NCBI GenBank assembly: GCA_965222525.1
Contig: OZ244955.1
Span: 640,140-704,139, forward strand
Source of the DNA: Rickettsiales bacterium
GTDB taxonomy: Bacteria > Pseudomonadota > Alphaproteobacteria > Rickettsiales > UBA8987
Reading direction: 5' to 3'
DNA length: 64,000 nt
The notes beneath the pieces are model-generated. The model made no database searches. It was not told the DNA's origin and saw only the letters and a program-made list of their open reading frames with translations. A program made the translations under genes and the position numbers. Shown in pieces: positions 46,612 through 55,771 of this stretch. Positions within the stretch are counted from its first letter, which is position 1, and each line of letters begins with the position of its first letter.

Positions 46612-48684
46612 ATGCCCGATTCTTCAGTACAGAATGAAAAACCCAAGGCAGCTTTCAGCAAGGAAAAGCTGGTTGAGATGAAGAAGGGTAATCTTGATCC
46701 TAACTATAAAATAAAATTCAATAGTGTAATTTCAGATTTGAGTTCTGATTTTGCCAATGCCTATGAGGCGGAGAATATCCATGCAACCAGGGACTCAGCC
46801 CCGCTTTATGCACTGGTATTCAACGTCAATTTCCCGATACGGATGAAGGCAATTGAGACGCTGCGCAAGATACAGCATCCCAGCCTGGTACAGGTGGTGG
46901 CTTTCGGCAAGACGATAACCGCCGGCACCAAGGCCGAGCGTTTTGCGGTGATTCTTGAGCGCCCGCAAGGGGTAAGGCTTTCACAGGCGCTTAAGGACAG
47001 TTCTCCTTTCAATGAGCTTTATGTTGCGGATAAGGTGATGGAGCAGCTTGCTGGGGCGCTGGCACTGCTGGCGGAGAATCGCATAACCCATGGTCGGATT
47101 AACCCTGATAATATCTTTTACAACAAGGCTGCCGCACGCCTGATTATCGGCGAGCCGATATCGGAATTCTGTGGCTATAGCCAGATGGCGGCGTATGAGG
47201 ATATTGACCGTGTTGTAGCGCATCCTGCCGGCAAGGGTGACAGCGACCCCAAGGCGGATTACTTCGCCCTCGGCATGGTGCTGCTATTCATGCTCACCGC
47301 CAGACAGCCATTTGCCGGCAAGGATAATGACAGCATTATCGACACCCGCTTTGAGCATGGCTCACATGAGGCGGCGATATCCGAGACCCTCGCACTCACT
47401 AAAATCCGCCTGTCGACCCGCATCCATACTCTGCTCAAAGGCCTGCTTTCCGATAATTCGGCGGAGCGATGGGGCAGGGATGAGCTGGATTCATGGATGA
47501 AGAAGTTTGAGATTATCGCCCAGGCATCGAAGATGCACAAGCTTGCCGCTACCGGATTTATGTTTGATGACAAGGAGTATTTCGGCATCCGCTATCTGGC
47601 ATATGACATAGGGCGCAAATGGAATATAGCCAAGCGCACATTGAAGATAGCCGATTTATCGCGCTGGTTCAGCCTGTCACTCAAGCGCCCCGACCTGTCG
47701 GAGAAGGTGGAATATCTTCTTGACCACACCGGCAACAGCGAGGTTATTCTGCCTGACCATAAAATCACCCGCATAATCTCGATTCTGGACCCATCCGGCC
47801 CGATTCGCCATAATGAGCTTTCCTGTCGTATTTCCGGCTTCGGCAATATGCTTGCCAGTTGTTATATGGGCAAGGACAAGGCGAATATCCAGAATATCGG
47901 TGCGGTATTTGCCGAGGGTCTGGTGGAGAACTGGATACGCCAGCAGCCTGATCCGGAATTATTCAGCTATAGTATGCTTGGCTGGAGCCCTGCCAAGATA
48001 CGGGTATATATGCGGCGTTCCTCGATGGGATTTGGTATGGAGCGTGCGTTATACGAGTTTAATAAATTTCTGCCCTGCCAGAGTAAATTGATGGCCGATA
48101 AATATGTATCGAACCTGGCGGATTTGCTGGTTACGCTGGATAAATCGGCGGAGAGCCTGGGCGAGAAGGATGCGCAGGATCGTCATCTTGCGGCTTTTAT
48201 CGCCAGCCATATTAATCTGACCGATGAGATGAAAATCAAGAGCCTGCAGAATTTCCCGCGGATAGCCAAGCATCCGGGGGTTATGATGCTGGGATTGCTG
48301 ACGGTTGCGCAATCGGAAGCGAGGGTTAAGTCGGTCAAGGGTGTTACCGAATGGATGAAGGGTCTGATATCGGCTTTCTCCGAGGATCTGCACAGCAAAT
48401 TCATCCGCAAGGAGATGCAGGGGAAACTGCGGGTAGCGGCAAAGGATGGCAAGCTGGCCACGTTATTTCAGGCGATATCGAATCCGGTATTTATCCAGCG
48501 TGATGCATCGGGTTTTCGTGAGGCCAGGATGCAGTACAAGGCGCTTGGTGCGCAGATACAGCAGCTCAAAACCCAGGGACATATCAGGCGGGTGGCCTAT
48601 CAGCTCGGCCTGCGCATATCGGTCACCATCTCATACCTGGTCTGCATAGCCTCGGCGTTGTATGTGTATTTCGTGAGCGGCTAA
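46612..48684 (+). CDS. protein-kinase-fold protein lacking catalytic residues (predicted pseudokinase) with a long C-terminal region and a C-terminal TM anchor
   Basis: ITHGRINPDNIF stands in place of HRDLKPxN, so the catalytic Asp and Lys are absent. LIIGEPIS stands in place of DFG. A subdomain IX-like DYFALGMVLLFMLTARQPF is present. The terminal segment ISVTISYLVCIASALYVYFVSG is hydrophobic. Confidence 0.55.
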   Translation: MPDSSVQNEKPKAAFSKEKLVEMKKGNLDPNYKIKFNSVISDLSSDFANAYEAENIHATRDSAPLYALVFNVNFPIRMKAIETLRKIQHPSLVQVVAFGKTITAGTKAERFAVILERPQGVRLSQALKDSSPFNELYVADKVMEQLAGALALLAENRITHGRINPDNIFYNKAAARLIIGEPISEFCGYSQMAAYEDIDRVVAHPAGKGDSDPKADYFALGMVLLFMLTARQPFAGKDNDSIIDTRFEHGSHEAAISETLALTKIRLSTRIHTLLKGLLSDNSAERWGRDELDSWMKKFEIIAQASKMHKLAATGFMFDDKEYFGIRYLAYDIGRKWNIAKRTLKIADLSRWFSLSLKRPDLSEKVEYLLDHTGNSEVILPDHKITRIISILDPSGPIRHNELSCRISGFGNMLASCYMGKDKANIQNIGAVFAEGLVENWIRQQPDPELFSYSMLGWSPAKIRVYMRRSSMGFGMERALYEFNKFLPCQSKLMADKYVSNLADLLVTLDKSAESLGEKDAQDRHLAAFIASHINLTDEMKIKSLQNFPRIAKHPGVMMLGLLTVAQSEARVKSVKGVTEWMKGLISAFSEDLHSKFIRKEMQGKLRVAAKDGKLATLFQAISNPVFIQRDASGFREARMQYKALGAQIQQLKTQGHIRRVAYQLGLRISVTISYLVCIASALYVYFVSG

Positions 48685-48685
48685 A

Positions 48686-48830
48686 GGACATATTGATATT
48701 TGCTACTATCATGGGCTGCAAATGGCCGTTTTCTACGCTTCCGTTGCGCATGTACCCTTAAGTACACTTACGCTACGGGTCTCGAAAACAGCCATTTTCG
48801 CCACATGCTAGCGCAAATCTCAATATGTCC
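48686..48830. repeat. 145 bp imperfect palindrome between convergent genes
   Basis: The left end is GGACATATTGATATTTGC. The reverse complement of the right end is GGACATATTGAGATTTGC. Arm similarity continues inward (AAATGGCCGTTTTC / AAATGGCTGTTTTC) to a central ttaa. Confidence 0.65.
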
Positions 48831-48846
48831 TGGGTATTCCGTGCGT

Positions 48847-49512
48847 CTATACACTTATCAATATAAACTGCGTACCACCTTCCGTGGCTTTGAATTGCAG
48901 GTTGTCACCATATATCAGATGGCCGTCCGTAACCTGCTTTCCGTTCAGAATTCCGCTACCTTTAGTGATATAGACCATAAACTCTCCCTCTGCGGAGATT
49001 TCCTGCCCGTCATTAAATAACCCCACCTCCATTATAGTGTGGCTGTCAAAAGTATCATCCTGCTCTTTAGACCCGCCATAAATTCTGGTAAGCGCACCAT
49101 TTTCAAGGTCATAGAATTTATATCCGGCACATTCTCCCTGAGTATCCGGCAGTACCCAAATCTGAATCATACGGTTAGGCTTGTCATCAGGGTTAATCTC
49201 GTTATGTTTAAAACCCTCGCCGCCTGCCCTTTGTACCTGCACCTGATTGGCCTCCATATTTTTCCCATGCTCCAGCGAACCTTCATGGGCAATACGGCCT
49301 TCCACCATTACCGAAATAACATCAATTTCCTTATGGGGATGCATACGGGTTTCGCCATGAGGCAGGAATCTGGCATCAGCAAGATAGACGAAGCTGCCAA
49401 TGCCGTCCCAGGTATCCGGTTGGCCGCCGACTTTGGCATCAACCACCAGACGGTGTTCCTTTAACCCGGCAAAGCCTCCCAGAGGCAAATCATCTCTGTG
49501 CAGGATTTTCAT
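48847..49512 (-). CDS. pirin-family (cupin) protein
   Basis: GETRMHPHKEIDVISVMVEGRIAHEGS is a cupin metal-site pattern. The size and layout fit short pirin/YhaK-like proteins. Confidence 0.75.
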   Translation of the reverse strand: MKILHRDDLPLGGFAGLKEHRLVVDAKVGGQPDTWDGIGSFVYLADARFLPHGETRMHPHKEIDVISVMVEGRIAHEGSLEHGKNMEANQVQVQRAGGEGFKHNEINPDDKPNRMIQIWVLPDTQGECAGYKFYDLENGALTRIYGGSKEQDDTFDSHTIMEVGLFNDGQEISAEGEFMVYITKGSGILNGKQVTDGHLIYGDNLQFKATEGGTQFILISV

Positions 49513-49517
49513 ATCCG

Positions 49518-50012
49518 TTATTCTTCCTGCTTGCCATCATTCCTCGGTGGGAAGCCGGCATCGTCGAGTACCTTGCGGCTGCCATATATATCCACCCCTT
49601 CCTTATCCCCCTGCATCAGCACATAAGTCTGGGTGACACAACGGCCATTCAGGCAGATTAATTCCGGCTTCTCTCCGCATTCAACCCTTGCTACAAGCTG
49701 ATTGAAATCATCATATGGTTTCTTCAAATCGGGCAGGAGAGCGGTACATTGTTTGTTATAAATATCAATTTTCGCCAGAACCGCTTTATTTTCATCCTCT
49801 TCGTCGGTACTGATGATATGGGAGATACAGGGCGAAGTCTGCCACGGATAGCCAAAATCATACCAGCCGCAATCCTTGTTACCCCAGCATGTGCCAAGTT
49901 CCCTGATATCCTCGGTAATTTCCTGTTTATACGCACCGCACTCCACAGGACTCTCCGCCATCGCACCGGTTGCGATAAAAAATGCAGGGATTAGTAGTAA
50001 CAACTTTCTCAT
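49518..50012 (-). CDS. secreted Cys-rich hypothetical protein
   Basis: The start is taken at MRKLLLLIPAFFIATGAMA (signal peptide). The mature part has 9 Cys. No recognisable family. Confidence 0.45.
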   Translation of the reverse strand: MRKLLLLIPAFFIATGAMAESPVECGAYKQEITEDIRELGTCWGNKDCGWYDFGYPWQTSPCISHIISTDEEDENKAVLAKIDIYNKQCTALLPDLKKPYDDFNQLVARVECGEKPELICLNGRCVTQTYVLMQGDKEGVDIYGSRKVLDDAGFPPRNDGKQEE

Positions 50013-50127
50013 GATTTTCTCCTCGTTTTTGTGCTCGGTGTTCAGTGTACGGTGTACGGAATACCAGCATAAAAACCCGAACACTGATAACAGAACACCG
50101 AACACCATAATACCCCTTTTCCGGTGA

Positions 50128-51618
50128 TTATGCAAATTTTATGGCATTCTGTGCGGCGGCAATCAATGCACCGGCCTTGTTTTCGGTCTCCATAAACTCA
50201 GCTTCGGCATCACTATCGGCCACAACGCCACCACCTGCCTGTACATATAACACACCGTCCCTGATCAGCCCTGTACGCAATGCAATACAGCTATCCATAT
50301 CACCACCGGCGGAAAAATACCCCACAGTACCGCCGTAAAAGCTACGTTTCTCCTGCTCAAGCTCGTCTATAATTTCCATCGCCCGTATCTTGGGCGCACC
50401 GCTTACCGTACCAGCCGGAAACCCTGCTATCAGCGCATCAATCGCATCCTTATCCGTAGCAATCCTGCCCTCAACATTGGAAACTATATGCATCACATGC
50501 GAATAGCGCTCCACCACCATCCGCTCGGTTACTTGAACACTGCCGGTCTGCGCCACACGCCCGACATCATTACGCCCCAGATCAAGCAGCATAAGATGCT
50601 CGGCCAGCTCCTTCTCATCAGCCAGTAAATCCTGCTCCAGCGCCTTGTCCTCGGCCGGATTGGAGCCGCGCTTGCGAGTGCCGGCCAGCGGACGGATAGT
50701 AACCGTATCATCCTGCAACCGTACCAGTATCTCCGGACTCGAGCCGATAAGCGAAAAGTCCTTGAGATGCACATAAAACAGATATGGCGATGGATTCAGA
50801 TGACGCAGCGAGCGGTAGAAAGCAAATGGATGCAGGTCAAATTTCGCCGAAAGCCGGCGGGAAGGCACCACCTGAAATATATCACCGGCAATTATATACT
50901 CCTTCGCCTTCTCTACGATTTTATGATAGTCATCCCTGCCGGTGTGGGAGTTAAATTCAAGCTTCCCTACCGCATCTGCTGCATAATATTTGGAAAATAT
51001 CGAACGTTTCAGGCTTATATTAAGCGCTTCAACAATCGCGGAAATCCGTTCCTGCGCCTGTTTATATGCTGTTTCTGCATCTTCACCGCCACCCCATACC
51101 GGTGTGATGATAATAGCCTGGTCCTTTACCGAATCAAATATGACAGTGATTTTCGGGCGGATATATATGCTCTGCGCTATGCCGATATTGTCAGGGTTTT
51201 CATCCGGCAGCTTCTCCATCAGCTTGACCATATCATACCCCATATAGCCAAACAGACCGGCAGCCATAGGAGGCAGCGCATCCGGTATATCAATTTGTGA
51301 CTCGCTGACCAGCCTGCGCAGGGATGCAAATACATCCTCCGCTTCCGGTGCAAACTCACCGTCCCCACGCTTAATCTCGGCCTTACCATCAACACAGCGC
51401 CATATTATATCGGGATCGAGGGCGATTATCGAATAGCGGGCACGGGTCTCGCCACCCTCCACCGACTCAAACAACAGGTGATACTCACTCTCCTCCATAA
51501 GCTTGAGCATGGCGGTAACCGGGGTCTCCAGGTCAGTCAGGAGCTCCGCCCATACCAGTTGCGCCTGCCCCCTGGCATGTTTTACGGAGAATTCATCTAT
51601 TTCAGGAAAGAATTTCAT
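50128..51618 (-). CDS. trpE: anthranilate synthase component I
   Basis: LLFESVEGGETRARYSII, the chorismate-binding region GTRKRG...LLADEKELAEHLMLLDLGRNDVGRV and GAPKIRAMEIIDELE. Confidence 0.93.
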   Translation of the reverse strand: MKFFPEIDEFSVKHARGQAQLVWAELLTDLETPVTAMLKLMEESEYHLLFESVEGGETRARYSIIALDPDIIWRCVDGKAEIKRGDGEFAPEAEDVFASLRRLVSESQIDIPDALPPMAAGLFGYMGYDMVKLMEKLPDENPDNIGIAQSIYIRPKITVIFDSVKDQAIIITPVWGGGEDAETAYKQAQERISAIVEALNISLKRSIFSKYYAADAVGKLEFNSHTGRDDYHKIVEKAKEYIIAGDIFQVVPSRRLSAKFDLHPFAFYRSLRHLNPSPYLFYVHLKDFSLIGSSPEILVRLQDDTVTIRPLAGTRKRGSNPAEDKALEQDLLADEKELAEHLMLLDLGRNDVGRVAQTGSVQVTERMVVERYSHVMHIVSNVEGRIATDKDAIDALIAGFPAGTVSGAPKIRAMEIIDELEQEKRSFYGGTVGYFSAGGDMDSCIALRTGLIRDGVLYVQAGGGVVADSDAEAEFMETENKAGALIAAAQNAIKFA

Positions 51619-51642
51619 TATTTGTCAAGTTTTGTTGGAAAT

Positions 51643-51858
51643 CCTCCCCCGCTTGCGGGGGAGGCAAGAAATCCAGGGATTTTCAATCCTTAGGATTTCT
51701 GGTGGGGGAATAAATAAGTGCAAAGTGTTGAGTGCTAGGTCTCCTGTTGCAAACTCTCAGCACTAAACACACAGCACTCGGCACCTCATCATTCCCTCCC
51801 CGAAAATCTGGAAAGCATAGCTTTCTCAGATTTTCTCCCCTCCCGCAAGCGGGAGGGG
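51643..51858 (+). repeat. hairpin-terminated structured repeat family B, copy 2 (216 bp)
   Basis: It has the same termini and order of hairpins as 45618-45842. It fills the gap between the M16 peptidase stop (51860) and the trpE start (51618). Confidence 0.85.
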
Positions 51859-51859
51859 G

Positions 51860-53191
51860 TTACTCCGGATACAATTTCCCGGTCACGGAGCGTTCGGGTT
51901 TGAAGATATATTCTGCGGCAGCGGTAATTTGCGCAGAAGTTACATTATCAACCATAACAGGCCAGTTTTCAATATATGATGTATCCAGGCCGGAGACCAG
52001 TACCCTGCCATATATATGTGCCATATTCTGCAATCCATCCTGCGCATAGATAGCCTCTGCTTTCAGCTTTTTCTGCGCACGCTGTAATTCCTTATTTGTA
52101 ACCCCCTCATCCAGAATTGCCTTTAATTCCTGTTTTACCGCTGCTTCCACCCTGGCAAAATCAACATCCTTTGCCGGCACGACATACAGTGTAAATGAAG
52201 TCGGTCCCAGTGAAATATCATCATAATAAGCATAGGCCTGCAATGCCAGTTTCTTTTCCACTACCAGCGATTGATACAGCCTGCCGGTTTCGCTGCCACC
52301 CAGCACTTCCGCCAGCAATACCAGCGGCAGCGCATGTTCGCTCTTGCCATATGTACTGCTCGGTGCCAGATACATCCTTATCCATTCCGGCTCCCTTACC
52401 TTCTCATCCTGCACTGTAACCTCACGAAATGCCGAAGGTTGTGGCTCCATGGGGATTTCCCTTGGCGGGGTATCCTGCGCCGGGATATTGCCGTAATATC
52501 TCTCCGCCAGCGGACGCAATTCCTCTGCCGTAATATCGCCTGCAACAATAAGCACTGCATTATTCGGTGCATAATATTTACGGTAAAATGCCCCGGTATC
52601 ATGCAGTGTAAATTGCTCTATCTCATGCCGCCAGCCGATTGTAGGCTTGTTATATGGATGGTTGAGGTAAAGTGCCGCCCGCATCTGCTCGGTGAGCTTG
52701 TTGCGCGGCTTGTTATCAATCCGCGAACTGCGCTCCTCCAGCACAACATCACGCTCACGGGTAACCAGCTCTTCATCAAGCTGTAGGCCGGTCATCCGGT
52801 CAGCCTCCAGCATCATCGCAAGTGCCAGATTCTCCCGCGCAATATTCTGGAAATAGGTGGTGTTATCCTGTGTGGTGAATGCATTATCATTACCGCCGAA
52901 ATTGGCTATCAGTGAGGAGAATTCACCAGGCTGCAGATTTTCCGTCCCGCGAAACATCAGATGCTCCAGAAAATGCGCTATACCGGATTTGCCAGGCTCT
53001 TCGTCAATTGCCCCGACCTTGTACCATAACATATGCGAAACCGCCGCCACCCTGGGATTGGGAATCACATAAACCTCCAGCCCGTTACCCAGCGTAAAAT
53101 TCTCCACCCTGGGCGGATTGGCATGGGCAGGCGACAGGCAGACCAGTAACAGTACGAGAATCGGGAGGATGTTTGTTATGATTTTGTTCAT
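51860..53191 (-). CDS. M16 family zinc peptidase (pitrilysin-like)
   Basis: The HFLEHLMF (HxxEH) zinc site, then ...E...NAFT. Signal peptide MNKIITNILPILVLLLVCLSPAHA from the start at 53191. Confidence 0.85.
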   Translation of the reverse strand: MNKIITNILPILVLLLVCLSPAHANPPRVENFTLGNGLEVYVIPNPRVAAVSHMLWYKVGAIDEEPGKSGIAHFLEHLMFRGTENLQPGEFSSLIANFGGNDNAFTTQDNTTYFQNIARENLALAMMLEADRMTGLQLDEELVTRERDVVLEERSSRIDNKPRNKLTEQMRAALYLNHPYNKPTIGWRHEIEQFTLHDTGAFYRKYYAPNNAVLIVAGDITAEELRPLAERYYGNIPAQDTPPREIPMEPQPSAFREVTVQDEKVREPEWIRMYLAPSSTYGKSEHALPLVLLAEVLGGSETGRLYQSLVVEKKLALQAYAYYDDISLGPTSFTLYVVPAKDVDFARVEAAVKQELKAILDEGVTNKELQRAQKKLKAEAIYAQDGLQNMAHIYGRVLVSGLDTSYIENWPVMVDNVTSAQITAAAEYIFKPERSVTGKLYPE

Positions 53192-53204
53192 AGTTACGAT
53201 TACT

Positions 53205-53360
53205 GTCACCCCGGATGGTATGTTTTCTCCAAATTTTAATTTGGTAAGAAAACACCATTCCCGGGGTTATTATATAAGTCACGGAATTGTACAGGTAACC
53301 CCGAGAACGTTATTTTGTTACCAAATCACAGATTTGGACAAAATATACGTCCGGGGTGAC
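53205..53360 (-). repeat. structured palindromic repeat family A, copy 3 (156 bp, inverted orientation)
   Basis: Its reverse complement aligns along its full length with 37278-37433. The right-arm apical stem is CCAAAT/ATTTGG instead of CTGAATC/GATTCAG. Confidence 0.85.
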
Positions 53361-53368
53361 ATACATTA

Positions 53369-54019
53369 TCATCCGTTTTCGTAAAACTCCTCACCTGTTC
53401 GGATTTTATCGCGGCCGGTTTGTTCACGCCAGTTATTGGTGTCGCGCAGGGAGTAGATACAGCCGCAATATTCCTGTTTGTAGAAATTCTCATCCTTGGC
53501 GATTTCATACATGCGCTGAGAACCACCATTCTTGCGCCAGTTATATGTCCAGTAGGTTACGCCCGGATAGTGCGCAGCCGCACGCACACCGCAATCATTT
53601 ATCTGCGCCATATTCTTCCAGCGTGAGATGCCCAGACTGCTGGTTATGGTATTAAACCCGTTTTCATATGCGTAAAGCGCGGTGCGCTCGAAGCGCATAT
53701 CAAAACACATGGTGCAGCGGATACCGCGTTCTGGCTCGTTCTCCATACCACGGGCGCGGGCAAACCAGTTTTGTACATCATAATCGGCGTCAATAAAGGG
53801 AATACCAAGCTTCTCGGCATAGCGGATATTCTCGCTCTTGCGGATTTCATATTCCTTTTTGGGGTGGATATTGGGGTTATAGAAGAAAATCGTCAGGTCA
53901 ATGCCGGAATATACCATAGCCTCAATCAGCTCACCCGAACACGGCGCGCAGCAGCTATGCAGCAATACCCTGTTATCCCCATCCGGCGGGGTAAGTATGG
54001 TTCGGTTCTGTGCGAACAT
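53369..54019 (-). CDS. queH: epoxyqueuosine reductase QueH (DUF208)
   Basis: [21 protein letters not shown] and EYCGCIYS Cys motifs are characteristic of QueH. Confidence 0.85.
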   Translation of the reverse strand: MFAQNRTILTPPDGDNRVLLHSCCAPCSGELIEAMVYSGIDLTIFFYNPNIHPKKEYEIRKSENIRYAEKLGIPFIDADYDVQNWFARARGMENEPERGIRCTMCFDMRFERTALYAYENGFNTITSSLGISRWKNMAQINDCGVRAAAHYPGVTYWTYNWRKNGGSQRMYEIAKDENFYKQEYCGCIYSLRDTNNWREQTGRDKIRTGEEFYENG

Positions 54020-54121
54020 AAGGGAGAAAATAACACAGGGGCGCACGGTTGGCTACTGGTATTTAGCCATGGTCATTATGACCATTCACTAGACTCTAGA
54101 CTCCAGATTCTAACCACTCAA

Positions 54122-55630
54122 CTACCGACTCACCAGCATCTTGCTTGGCGTATCCTTGAGCAGGGCGATAACTTCCTGCTGTTTTTCCTTGAAGGCGGAG
54201 AGTTCGGTTTTATTGAGCTTGCGTCCAGGCGGGATATTGACCTTCTGCGGATTGACCTGCTTGCCGTTACGGTGAATTTCATAATGCAGATGCGGTCCGG
54301 TAGATGCTCCGGTGCTGCCGACATATGCAACAACCTGCCCCTGTTTTACCCTGCGCCCCTTTTTCATACCGCGGGCAAACCGGCTGGCATGGGCATAGGC
54401 GGTGGAATATTCGGCATTATGCTTGATTTTGACATATTTACCATAGCCGCCATTGCGTCCGATAAATACAATCCGCCCGTCACCGGCGGCATAAATCGGT
54501 GTGCCGGTGGGAGCGGCAAAATCAGTGCCCTTATGCATTCTGGTATAGCCGGATATCGGATGTTTGCGCACCCCGAAATGCGATGAAATTATCGCACCAT
54601 TTATCGGGGTTTTCATCAGCGCCTTACGTATCGAGCGCCCTTCCCCGGTAAAGTAATCGGCGTCCTCATCCTTGCCGGTGGGGGAGAAGCGGTACAGTTT
54701 GATATCTCGCCCGCGCACGGTCAGGGAGGCATATATCATATTGCCGTCCTGTACTTTCTCACCTTCATTATCATAATGCTCCTCATAGAGAATCTCAAAC
54801 TTGTTACCTTTCCTTATATCACGCTGGAAATCGACATCAAAACTCAGGAACTTTACCGCTTCCTGTAATATATTGGGTGGAATCTTGAGGCTATCGGCCA
54901 GTTGTGCCAGACTGTTTTCAATCTCGCCCTCGGCACGGAAAGTGCGTTTTTCCAGTTCCTTATCTACAATCCGTGACTCAAACTTCTCTTCATCATTTCT
55001 GAAAACTTCGATATATCTGGTTGGCTCCTCGATACGCAATGATACAAATTCAGCCTCCCCTTCGGATTCCTTTGTGTCTTTTTCCGTGCCCGCTTCACCT
55101 ATATTTTCCTTGAATATAACCGCAACCTCATGTCCTGCACGCAAATTTTTCGGGTTAAAGGTCTTGGCCAGTGCCTTGCCGGCGAAAAATGCTTCCCTGC
55201 GGTCAACACCGGCCCTGGTCAGGATATTGGTGAAATTATCCCCCTTTTTCACCACTGTATCATAGATATATTCAGAATAATCAGGGGCGGCAAGCTCCTC
55301 TATCTTGTTGTTGCCATTGGTATAATTCTCCGGTTCGGTATTCTCTTCCGACAGGTTTTTGTCCGCTGCCGCACCTTCAGGAAGTTCGGATGGCAGGAAA
55401 CCAAGGCTCACCGCAGAGTGCTCCGCATCGCTTGCACCAACGGCAGGCTCAGCCTGATTCGCCTGGGCAGCAAGCATTTCCTCACGCAGTTGTTGGCGTA
55501 AATCCTCTCTGGAGGGGGTAATCAGGTAGTTCAGCCCGATACCCAGCAGGAACATCGCCACCCCGTAGAGTACAAGCAGCTTCTTATTCTTGTGCAGGGA
55601 GGAGATATGATTGCCGACCCGTTTAATCAT
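54122..55630 (-). CDS. M23 family metallopeptidase (murein endopeptidase-like) with an N-terminal TM anchor
   Basis: HKGTDFAAPTGTPIYAAGDG and STGPHLHYEI are the M23 zinc-site motifs. Confidence 0.85.
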   Translation of the reverse strand: MIKRVGNHISSLHKNKKLLVLYGVAMFLLGIGLNYLITPSREDLRQQLREEMLAAQANQAEPAVGASDAEHSAVSLGFLPSELPEGAAADKNLSEENTEPENYTNGNNKIEELAAPDYSEYIYDTVVKKGDNFTNILTRAGVDRREAFFAGKALAKTFNPKNLRAGHEVAVIFKENIGEAGTEKDTKESEGEAEFVSLRIEEPTRYIEVFRNDEEKFESRIVDKELEKRTFRAEGEIENSLAQLADSLKIPPNILQEAVKFLSFDVDFQRDIRKGNKFEILYEEHYDNEGEKVQDGNMIYASLTVRGRDIKLYRFSPTGKDEDADYFTGEGRSIRKALMKTPINGAIISSHFGVRKHPISGYTRMHKGTDFAAPTGTPIYAAGDGRIVFIGRNGGYGKYVKIKHNAEYSTAYAHASRFARGMKKGRRVKQGQVVAYVGSTGASTGPHLHYEIHRNGKQVNPQKVNIPPGRKLNKTELSAFKEKQQEVIALLKDTPSKMLVSR

Positions 55631-55771
55631 CCCGCCGAGTATATGGATTGATTTCCTTGATGCAAATCAATTTTACATATGAAGGTTAAATATAGTGTTA
55701 TACTGGGTGTGTGTGGATTTTCTGCTACTGTCCATGTCATGTTGAGATTTTCTACTAGCATGGTCTGGTGG

